From: Methylotenera sp.
GTDB taxonomy: Bacteria; Pseudomonadota; Gammaproteobacteria; Burkholderiales; Methylophilaceae
Direction of reading: 5' to 3'
DNA length: 54,754 nt
NCBI GenBank assembly: GCA_025351225.1
Contig: JANXWL010000133.1
Coordinates: 1-54,754, forward strand
Below, piece by piece: positions 47,310 to 54,754 of the stretch (positions are counted from its first letter, which is position 1; each line of letters begins with the position of its first letter). A model generated the notes under the pieces. That model had not been told where the DNA came from and made no database searches. It saw only the letters and a program-made list of their open reading frames with translations. The position numbers were made by a program, and so were the translations under genes.

Positions 47310-47636
47310 CTAGGCCTGCCAAACCCCAAAGCCAGCGCTACGCAGATCAATGCCAATCTCAACTTCCATGGCAGCAGCTTCATCATAAGTCATCGGGTTA
47401 AAACCTTCATACAAATCAGGTAGCAAGCGCAGCCCATATTGCATCACATATTGGTTAGATTGCACGCCCGCTTTGTGCTTATCAAAACGAACATCGGGGT
47501 CTAAGCCCGTCATGCCAATATATACGCAGGGCTTGCCAGTTATATAGTTGGGGTTACACTTTTTAAACTTGCCCTCATACAGCACATCTTTTGATAACTC
47601 AATCACATAAACATTGTGATGCTTACGGCGCGCCAT
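47310..47636 (-). CDS. Small GIY-YIG-like protein
   Basis: VYVI...VYIGMT...RFDKH...E pattern. Confidence 0.6.
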   Translation of the reverse strand: MARRKHHNVYVIELSKDVLYEGKFKKCNPNYITGKPCVYIGMTGLDPDVRFDKHKAGVQSNQYVMQYGLRLLPDLYEGFNPMTYDEAAAMEVEIGIDLRSAGFGVWQA

Positions 47637-47642
47637 GCAGTA

Positions 47643-47954
47643 TTAAAACGCATCCTCATTTGATTCATAAGCATCGCGCAACCTAGCGTTAATGGCGTCT
47701 ATATCATCAATATACTCATTGCGCACGGTGCTGCCTGCATTAGTTTGCGGCATAGATTTCACAACGGGCTTAGCAGCAGCTGCGGCAGGCGCAGTGTTCG
47801 GTGCAGATGACAACCACTTTTCAAAAGGCGCGGCATCAACGCCCTGCGGCACATACCATAGCTTAGCCTCCGCATTCCAGCGCGCACCTAGCGACTTGGC
47901 TTGGTCTTTCTCGTTAAATGGAACTTTTAAATTAATGTTGCTGTTTGCGATCAT
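47643..47954 (-). CDS. DUF5710-like domain protein
   Basis: LKVPFNEKDQAKSLGARWN...WY motif followed by an Ala/Pro linker. Confidence 0.72.
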   Translation of the reverse strand: MIANSNINLKVPFNEKDQAKSLGARWNAEAKLWYVPQGVDAAPFEKWLSSAPNTAPAAAAAKPVVKSMPQTNAGSTVRNEYIDDIDAINARLRDAYESNEDAF

Positions 47955-48141
47955 TTTTGACCTGATATTTGGCTTTGCTATTTTGAATGCGAAATTATAT
48001 AACAGTATTTAGAATCGTTGAAAACACACGCTATTATTAGTGCGCTCTGTGCTGGAAACTTTTGTCAATCTGTCTCCCAATCGGTTTGAGGCTAAATTGA
48101 CAGAACAACAGCAGATTATGTCGATTGAGAACTCCAATTTT

Positions 48142-48180
48142 AGTTGACCACTACAAGTTGACCACTACAGAACCACTACA
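48142..48180 (+). repeat. Tandem repeat AGTTGACCACTACA x2 plus partial ACCACTACA
   Basis: Copies at 48142-48155 and 48156-48169, partial copy at 48172-48180. Confidence 0.8.
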
Positions 48181-48309
48181 TGTTCGTATTCTCTCATGAT
48201 TGAAGCGCTCCTTAAAAGTCGGCGTGATTCACTTCGATAAGAAACTTCCCAGCCTCTTGGAATCTGTTAGAATTAATTAATTACGACATTTCCCAATCTT
48301 AATCCAACT

Positions 48310-49983
48310 ATGTATCAATCATACTTTGGTCTTGTCGAGGCGCCATTTTCTATAGCGCCTGATCCACATTACCTTTACATGAGTGAGCACCACCAGGAAG
48401 CACTTGCGACCTTACTTTATGGCGTAAGAGGTGATGGTGGATTTGTATTGCTGACGGGTGAGGTGGGTGCGGGCAAAACCACAATATGCCGTCATTTGCT
48501 TGAGCAAGTGCCAGAAGCTTGCGATTTGGCTTACATTTTTAATCCCAAGCTGACGGTAGTGGAGCTTCTTTCCACTATCTGTGACGAGTTCGGCATTAAG
48601 TATCCTAAAAGCAATACCAGCATCAAGTTATTTGTCGGTTTAATTAACAATTACTTGCTTGATGGTCATGCCAAGGGCAGGCGCGCTGTGCTAATCATTG
48701 ATGAAGCGCAGAACCTTTCCGTCGATGTGTTGGAGCAAATGCGGCTGCTGACCAATCTTGAAACACTGCAACGCAAATTATTGCAAATCATTCTAATAGG
48801 GCAGCCAGAGCTAATAGCAATGCTGGAGCGACCAGAGTTGCGTCAACTGGCACAACGCATCGTCGCACGGCATCACCTGAGTTCGCTTAGCAAGAAAGAG
48901 GTTGGTGCTTATGTAAGACATCGCTTAGAGGTGTCAGGTGCGCAGCGTCAACTATTCCCAGATGCGCTTATAGGCAAGTTGTATCGCTTGAGCAAGGGGG
49001 TTCCACGTGTTATCAACGTGATCTGTGACAGGGCCTTGCTAGGAGCCTTTGTGCAGGGTAAGGAGCGTGTAGATCTCTCGACTCTGACACAAGCGGCACA
49101 CGAAGTGTTTGGCCAGCAACCGAAGACACAAAGAAATAAGCGGTTAGCACTGATGGGTGGCATGGTTTTATTGGTGGGTGGCGCGCTGGCAGTATCTGTC
49201 TATCAGCAGAATCAGGCACCCCAAAAAGTGGCGATAGCGCAAAAAATCGTCAACTACGTCAAATCTGTCATGCCTTCCAAATCAGTCACGTTGCCGCTAG
49301 CGCCCATTTCGCAATCAGTGGCTGTTTCGAACGATGTCAAGCCAGTGGTTGATTTGCCAACCAAGCTGGAGTTTCCCACAGATGTGCCGCGTTCGCGTAG
49401 CAGGGCGATGGCGTATGGCGCATTATTTCAGGCATGGCAGGCGAGCTACCAAGAAAGTGGCGACCCTTGCCATCAGGCAGAAGCTGTGGGTTTGCGCTGT
49501 AGAACAGCCAGAGGCGGGTTGGAAGAACTGCGTCAATTCAATATGCCTGCAGTGCTTTATTTGCTGGATAATCAAGGCCAGCCGTTCTATGCTACCTTGA
49601 CTAAGCTTGAAGGCGAATCTGCCACTTTTATTATTGGCAACGAAACCAAAGTTGTCACTCTTAGTGCATTGGCGTCTCAGTGGTCTGGATATTACACGCA
49701 ACTATTGCATCTGCCGCTAGATAGTCATGACAGCATCCTATTTGGTAAGCATGGGCTCGCTGTGCAATGGCTAAGCAGACAGCTTGCGCAGGTACAAGGT
49801 CGCACCGTACAAATAACATCTGCGACGACCTTCGATGATGATTTGAAAAGCCATCTTAAGCAGTTCCAGCTTTCTCAGGGTTTAATCCCCGATGGTGCTG
49901 CAAGACCCCAAACCTTGGCTCGCCTAAGCGCGATGACTGATCAATCAGCCCCTAGGCTATCCTACCAACAAGGAGGGAATTAG
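48310..49983 (+). CDS. exeA: ExeA/GspA AAA ATPase with C-terminal peptidoglycan-binding domain
   Basis: MYQSYFGL..PFSIAPDP, Walker A GEVGAGKT, Walker B IIDEAQNL, TM helix, LKQFQ...GLIPDG. Confidence 0.88.
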   Translation: MYQSYFGLVEAPFSIAPDPHYLYMSEHHQEALATLLYGVRGDGGFVLLTGEVGAGKTTICRHLLEQVPEACDLAYIFNPKLTVVELLSTICDEFGIKYPKSNTSIKLFVGLINNYLLDGHAKGRRAVLIIDEAQNLSVDVLEQMRLLTNLETLQRKLLQIILIGQPELIAMLERPELRQLAQRIVARHHLSSLSKKEVGAYVRHRLEVSGAQRQLFPDALIGKLYRLSKGVPRVINVICDRALLGAFVQGKERVDLSTLTQAAHEVFGQQPKTQRNKRLALMGGMVLLVGGALAVSVYQQNQAPQKVAIAQKIVNYVKSVMPSKSVTLPLAPISQSVAVSNDVKPVVDLPTKLEFPTDVPRSRSRAMAYGALFQAWQASYQESGDPCHQAEAVGLRCRTARGGLEELRQFNMPAVLYLLDNQGQPFYATLTKLEGESATFIIGNETKVVTLSALASQWSGYYTQLLHLPLDSHDSILFGKHGLAVQWLSRQLAQVQGRTVQITSATTFDDDLKSHLKQFQLSQGLIPDGAARPQTLARLSAMTDQSAPRLSYQQGGN

Positions 49984-49985
49984 CC

Positions 49986-50801
49986 ATGTCTTATATTCTA
50001 GATGCCCTCAGAAAATCCGAGCAGCAGCGGCTGCAGGGTGAGGCGCCATTACTGGTCTCAACGCAAATATCATCCAATGTGGGGAAACAACCTGCATTGC
50101 TGTTTTATGGTTTGGTTGCGGCCATCTTGATATGTGCTGGCATTCTGATCGGATGGTTACGCCCATGGCAGCAGGATGAAACAGAGGCTGTGAAGAGCGC
50201 TACCGCACTGACGCAAGATGAAACAAAACCGCCCCAAATCGCGCCTAAACCACAGCTTTTAACACCTCAGCCAGAAAAAGCCAAACAACCTGAACTGGCA
50301 CTACTAGAACAAAAATCAATATCAAGCACAAAACTTGCATCTAGGGTAGACCGTATGGAACAGGACGTGCCTGTGCCTTCTAATATCTCTGCCAACACTG
50401 CTGCTAATATCCCTGCCAAGATCGCAGCATTGCCACGTAAATCGCAGACCAGTACTGCCGTGCCGCAAGTACCAGAGCAGATAGTAGATGAAGCTGCGAC
50501 GCCAGCAATGGAGAAAACCACACCACCTTCGCTTGAGAGCAATGGCACTGTCGACGAGGCAGCACAAGAACAAAAAATAATTGCGATGATAGAACTGCCG
50601 CTTGCCATTCAGCAAGAAATACCAAAGATGTCAATTTCAGGACATGCCTATTCGACCGTACCGAAGGAGCGCATTGTCGGTATCAACGATCGCCTGCTGC
50701 AAGAGGGCGAGTATTTATCACCGGGGCTTAGGTTAGAGCAGATTACCGCCGATGGGCTTGTATTCAGTTACAAGAAATATATTTTCCGTCATAGCCTGTA
50801 A
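49986..50801 (+). CDS. exeB: ExeB/GspB general secretion pathway protein B
   Basis: MSYILDALRKSEQQR N-terminus, TM helix, Pro-rich linker, C-terminal SGHAYS...IN...EG domain. Confidence 0.85.
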   Translation: MSYILDALRKSEQQRLQGEAPLLVSTQISSNVGKQPALLFYGLVAAILICAGILIGWLRPWQQDETEAVKSATALTQDETKPPQIAPKPQLLTPQPEKAKQPELALLEQKSISSTKLASRVDRMEQDVPVPSNISANTAANIPAKIAALPRKSQTSTAVPQVPEQIVDEAATPAMEKTTPPSLESNGTVDEAAQEQKIIAMIELPLAIQQEIPKMSISGHAYSTVPKERIVGINDRLLQEGEYLSPGLRLEQITADGLVFSYKKYIFRHSL

Positions 50802-50877
50802 GTGATGAGTCTTGGCAGTGGCTAGAAATGATTGGAATTAGTTCGGCATACTATCTTAACAAAACTAGCTTACATGC

Positions 50878-51654
50878 TTACAGCCAAGCATCTTCATTTA
50901 AAATACCTTTCGATTTGAATGCAGGCCTTGCAAACAGGTGTCCTTGCATCAAATTTATACCAAGGTCAGCTAAATAGTTCCGTTCAGCTTTGGTTTCAAC
51001 ACCTTCTGCCAGCACTGTAACTTGAAGTTCATGACACATCTTTACTAGAGAACTAACAACTATTTGTCTGGGCTTATCTGAATCAATGTGACGTAGTAGT
51101 TCCATATCAATTTTTACGATGTCAGGTTGGAATTGAACCAGTAGTGAAAGTCCTGCATAACCCGCACCAAAGTCATCAATCGCAGTTTTAAATCCTAGTT
51201 TTTTATATTCAGAAATAATGCCCCGTAGATGCTCAATGTTAATTTTCTCCCCCTCTGTGAACTCAAAAATAATGTTGTTTGCTGGGAAACTATATTTCTC
51301 AGCGGCAGCTAGAGTAGTCCTTATGCAAAGTTCTGGTCTGTATACCGCATTAGGCATAAAATTTATTGATAGAAGGCTACCGAGATTTAATTCAGCCGCA
51401 CTTTTCACTGCTTTGACACGGCAGGCTTGATCAAACCTATAAACGTTTTGAGCATTAACCTTATTTAAGATTGTATGAGCACCCTCACCGTTCACGCCTC
51501 TAATCAACGCCTCGTGCGCGTATATAGTTTTTGTACTTAAATCGACTATGGGTTGGAATGCATATTCAAATTCAAAGTCTAGTTTATAGGGATTAGTACA
51601 TCCAGCACAGCCGTGCGACGTCTCAGCTGTGATATTGATACTATCGAAATTCAT
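50878..51654 (-). CDS. Stand-alone EAL c-di-GMP phosphodiesterase with N-terminal CxxC
   Basis: AFQPIV, HEALIR, SINF, FEFTE, IDDFGAGYAGL, VKID, AEGVET and QG. Confidence 0.92.
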   Translation of the reverse strand: MNFDSINITAETSHGCAGCTNPYKLDFEFEYAFQPIVDLSTKTIYAHEALIRGVNGEGAHTILNKVNAQNVYRFDQACRVKAVKSAAELNLGSLLSINFMPNAVYRPELCIRTTLAAAEKYSFPANNIIFEFTEGEKINIEHLRGIISEYKKLGFKTAIDDFGAGYAGLSLLVQFQPDIVKIDMELLRHIDSDKPRQIVVSSLVKMCHELQVTVLAEGVETKAERNYLADLGINLMQGHLFARPAFKSKGILNEDAWL

Positions 51655-51834
51655 TTTTTACCTCTGTTAATTTAATTAATCTTCTGTCACGTAAAGTTAT
51701 TAGAGTATATTACGAAAACTTCCGAACATAAGGCCAAAACTGCAGTCAATAATTCGAGAATTATATTTAACTACTACTAAATTGTCACTGAGTCTCGAAG
51801 CTAAGTAAGAAATTTATAAAAATTTAAAATGTAA

Positions 51835-52803
51835 GTGTATATGTTCAATCAAGAAATTCTCATGCAAGCTATTATGGAATCAAGAGATTCTATAACCATC
51901 GCTGATGCCACTTTGCCTAATTACCCCCTTATTTTTGTTAACCCAGCATTTGAAATACTTACTGGCTATTTAAAAGAAGAAATACTTTTAAAAAACTGTA
52001 GATATTTGCAGGGTTTAGACAGACAACAGCGCCAATTACAAGATATCAAAGAAGCCCTGCACGAAAGACGTTCTTGTCTAGTGACAATTAGAAATTATCG
52101 CAAGGATGGCTCTATGTTTTGGAATGAGCTGAGCATTTCTCCTGTTTTCGAAAAAACTGGTTTGTTAACTCACTTTATTGGTATTCAAAAAGATGTGACA
52201 GCACGTATTATTTTAGAACAGCGCTTAATAGAAGAGCGTAAGTTGTTGGAGCAAAGTAAAGCTACTCTAGAGAAACTTATCATTTACGATACTTTGACTG
52301 GTATTTATAACCGACGCTATTTTGAAGATCAGTTTTATTCCCACTGGGAATACAAAGCAGATGCAAATGGCCGCTTGACCGTGATGTTTGTAGATATTGA
52401 TTACTTCAAACGCTTTAATGATACGTATGGCCATATAGCAGGCGATGAAGCGCTAAAGAAAGTTGCTAGTACTCTTTACAAGTCACTAAGAAGGGTTGGT
52501 GATTTCGTAGCTAGGTATGGGGGTGAAGAATTTATAGTACTAGCTTCAGACATGTCTCAAAAGCAAGCAATTAGCTATGCTCAGTCAATATGTATGAAAA
52601 TCAGAGAATTAGAAATAATCCATGCTACCTCTCCGCATGGGTTTCTTACAATTAGTTGTGGGGTGGCCTACTTTAAACCCAATATCAGTAAAGCGCCTAA
52701 GCAGTTGTTGCATCAAGCAGATTTGGCACTTTATAAAGCTAAGGAAATGGGTAGAAATCAAGCTGCCGCCTTCGATACTTCAATGGAGTCAGACAATTTA
52801 TAA
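51835..52803 (+). CDS. LOV-GGDEF blue-light-responsive diguanylate cyclase
   Basis: NCRYLQ with the photoactive Cys, NYRKDG..FWN, FIGIQ, coiled linker, DTLTGIYNRR, DIDYFK, RxxD I-site and RYGGEEF. Confidence 0.88.
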   Translation: MYMFNQEILMQAIMESRDSITIADATLPNYPLIFVNPAFEILTGYLKEEILLKNCRYLQGLDRQQRQLQDIKEALHERRSCLVTIRNYRKDGSMFWNELSISPVFEKTGLLTHFIGIQKDVTARIILEQRLIEERKLLEQSKATLEKLIIYDTLTGIYNRRYFEDQFYSHWEYKADANGRLTVMFVDIDYFKRFNDTYGHIAGDEALKKVASTLYKSLRRVGDFVARYGGEEFIVLASDMSQKQAISYAQSICMKIRELEIIHATSPHGFLTISCGVAYFKPNISKAPKQLLHQADLALYKAKEMGRNQAAAFDTSMESDNL

Positions 52804-52819
52804 TTATTAGGAGAACATA

Positions 52820-53392
52820 ATGAGCCGACTAATTCAGATTATTTACATTAGCAGATCAAGTTTCATAACTACTACGAACTCAACCGAAATTGAGCCTAAT
52901 GTAGCGCGTATATTGGCAAAATCCCGTGTTAATAACCGAAAAAATGGACTGGTTGGAGTGTTGTATTTTGGAAGCGGTTGTTTTTTTCAATGTTTGGAAG
53001 GTGAAGAAACGGAAGTAGACAAACTCTATTCAAAACTCCAACAAGATTCTAGGCACAAAGATTTAAAGCTTATTTCAAGAAAGCTGATTAATACATTAAC
53101 ATTTACTAATTGGGCTATGAAGTTTGTTCCATTGGAAACAAAGTTAAATGCTGAATTACAAGCTCATGGCTATAGCAGCTTTGACCCATACAAGTTCGAC
53201 GCTGTGATGACTGAAAAAGTACTTAATCTGTTACAAACGTCAACAAATGTAGACAGTCAAAATATTATTCAACAGAGTTTAGATAAAGCATCTGTTGAAA
53301 AGCCAAAAAATCACTTGGCGTTGCTTGCAATCATCATTTTAATTTTATTATTGGCAATTTTCATCTTTTATTTATCTCATGGGAGGGTATAA
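52820..53392 (+). CDS. BLUF domain protein with C-terminal transmembrane anchor
   Basis: IYIS (Tyr), NNRKNGLVGVL, FFQCLEG (Gln), DSRH and WAM. C-terminal hydrophobic helix. Confidence 0.9.
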   Translation: MSRLIQIIYISRSSFITTTNSTEIEPNVARILAKSRVNNRKNGLVGVLYFGSGCFFQCLEGEETEVDKLYSKLQQDSRHKDLKLISRKLINTLTFTNWAMKFVPLETKLNAELQAHGYSSFDPYKFDAVMTEKVLNLLQTSTNVDSQNIIQQSLDKASVEKPKNHLALLAIIILILLLAIFIFYLSHGRV

Positions 53393-53410
53393 GAAAAAGT
53401 GATAAGTGGA

Positions 53411-54133
53411 CTAACTACGCAATTGCACTGTACTAAGCATCACTGGCTGCGCATTATAGTTTTTAGGGAATATGCGTTTTAAATTCTCAATTTTTGGCAA
53501 ATCGTTAAATACGATATACGGATAATTAGGGTTGTGAATCAAAAAGTTCTGGTGATAGTCCTCTGCTGCATAAAAGCTTTTAAACGAATCAACACGAGTG
53601 GCAATATCACGTGGGAACACTTTCGATTTATTTAGCTGAGCAATATAAGTTTGTGCAATATTTTTCTGCGTATTATCGGTATAAAAAATGTCTGAGCGAT
53701 ATTGCGTTCCAGAATCTGGCCCTTGTCGATTAAGTTGTGTAGGATCATGCGCTACTGAAAAAAAGATATGTAGTAACTCGCCATAAGAAACCTCCGCCGG
53801 GTCATAAGTAATTTGCACTGCCTCTGCATGACCAGTGATGCCTGTGCTAACAGTCTTATAATTAGCACTATCCTTATCACCCCCTGCATAGCCAGCGACG
53901 ACCTTGTGCACACCGCGAACATGTTCAAATACGCCTTGCATGCCCCAAAAACAACCACCTGCCACAACAGTAGTTTGCAGTGCGCTTACTATTTTTGGAT
54001 TATCCTGCACTGGTGCTGCAATAATCGTTGGCGCTTCAGCAGCTTTTAAAAGTGGCTGCCATAAGCTGAAAGTTAGCCCGAGCAATAAGGCGGCAGGCAG
54101 CTTTATCGTCCAATTTATTTTAAAAAATAACAT
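53411..54133 (-). CDS. msrA: Peptide methionine (S)-sulfoxide reductase with signal peptide
   Basis: GGCFWG, GHAEAV, HDPTQLNRQGPD.GTQYRS and AEDYHQ. Confidence 0.93.
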   Translation of the reverse strand: MLFFKINWTIKLPAALLLGLTFSLWQPLLKAAEAPTIIAAPVQDNPKIVSALQTTVVAGGCFWGMQGVFEHVRGVHKVVAGYAGGDKDSANYKTVSTGITGHAEAVQITYDPAEVSYGELLHIFFSVAHDPTQLNRQGPDSGTQYRSDIFYTDNTQKNIAQTYIAQLNKSKVFPRDIATRVDSFKSFYAAEDYHQNFLIHNPNYPYIVFNDLPKIENLKRIFPKNYNAQPVMLSTVQLRS

Positions 54134-54176
54134 TTGAAACTCCTTAAATTCTTGACTAGAAATGAATAAAATTAGA

Positions 54177-54754
54177 TTAAGCTAGCGGTACAAAGTTTAA
54201 CGCTACCGAATTCATACAATAACGTAAACCAGTGGGTTTAGGGCCATCATTAAATACATGGCCTAAATGCGCATCGCAGCGAGTGCATGAAATTGCATCG
54301 CGCTGCATACCCAAGCTAGTATCTGAACTCTGAGCTACATTCATTGCTGATATTGGTTGCCAAAAACTAGGCCAACCAGTGCCAGATTCAAACTTGGTTT
54401 TTGCATCAAACAATGCAGTATTACAACAAATACAACGATAAATGCCTTTAGAGTGATTGTTCCAATATTTTCCTGTAAATGGCGCTTCTGTACCCGCATG
54501 GCGTGTTACATTAAATGAAAGCCCAACCAATTGCTTGCGCCATTCGGTTTCAGTCTTGACCACTTGAGCAACGCGCACAACGCCTTCACTTTTACCTGTA
54601 GCTGAAAAATTCTCAATGGTTAGATCTTTACTTGGCTTAGCCCCAGCTAGCGATTCAGCCATGGCTTTTCCTATTAAGGAATTAGTCACCACAGCAGTTA
54701 GCACATACTTAAGCAAAGTACGTCGAGAAGCAGATGCTTCCTCTAAAGCATGTT
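54177..54754 (-). CDS. msrB: Peptide methionine (R)-sulfoxide reductase with twin-arginine leader (5' truncated by window)
   Basis: GTEAPF, CICC, SGTGWPSF, CTRCDAHLGHVFNDGP and RYCMNS. Frame is open to the window end and reads SRRTLL. Confidence 0.93.
   Translation of the reverse strand, partial: HALEEASASRRTLLKYVLTAVVTNSLIGKAMAESLAGAKPSKDLTIENFSATGKSEGVVRVAQVVKTETEWRKQLVGLSFNVTRHAGTEAPFTGKYWNNHSKGIYRCICCNTALFDAKTKFESGTGWPSFWQPISAMNVAQSSDTSLGMQRDAISCTRCDAHLGHVFNDGPKPTGLRYCMNSVALNFVPLA

Noticed and set aside
48142-48180. Mini CRISPR array
   Set aside because: The repeats are 14 bp, contiguous, have no spacers, and no cas genes are present.
48000-48309. c-di-GMP riboswitch or other ncRNA upstream of exeA
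   Set aside because: I could not find the characteristic GEMM elements by eye. An Rfam covariance search would be needed.
48310-49983. AAA ATPase as a transposon helper (IstB/TnsC-like)
   Set aside because: The TM helix, peptidoglycan-binding tail and downstream exeB identify it as ExeA. No transposase is nearby.
50870-50883. CTTACA-TG-CTTACA as a third copy of the TGTAAG box
   Set aside because: The period is 8 bp rather than 11 bp and it lies at the 3' end of convergent genes, overlapping a stop codon.

Overview
Bacterial chromosomal window. Gene content and protein style suggest a betaproteobacterium, plausibly Methylophilaceae (inference only). I saw no rRNA, tRNA, CRISPR array, integrase or transposase. 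From left to right: (1) housekeeping genes (mutL 3' end, an AT-rich inserted ORF, miaA, dapC, a DMT transporter, pilU, a TPR/GT41 glycosyltransferase, split mnmD/mnmC). (2) A ~11 kb minus-strand cluster: DUF3034, exported truncated globin, ECF sigma/anti-sigma, and lipid-modification genes resembling the UfaM/UfaD/UfaO furan-fatty-acid pathway. (3) A PQQ beta-propeller lipoprotein whose catalytic Asp and metal-ligand Glu both appear to be Gly. (4) A tripartite RND pump. (5) An OmpR-family two-component system divergent from a 10-gene cluster I cannot assign to a known pathway (desaturase, HAD phosphatase, class III aminotransferase, ureohydrolase, two ArnE/F-like proteins, alpha/beta hydrolase, ACP, KAS, FemAB-like GNAT). 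Two of its promoters carry the same TGTAAG direct-repeat box at identical spacing, and it converges on a GT9/ArnT-like/flippase/LpxT-like envelope operon. (6) Small genes, including a frameshifted renalase-like gene. (7) exeAB, an EAL <- -> LOV-GGDEF + membrane-anchored BLUF module, and exported MsrA/MsrB. The best candidates for undescribed systems are the regulated amino-lipid/envelope cluster, the dual-photoreceptor c-di-GMP module and the degenerate PQQ protein. All family assignments come from motif recognition by eye, not database searches.
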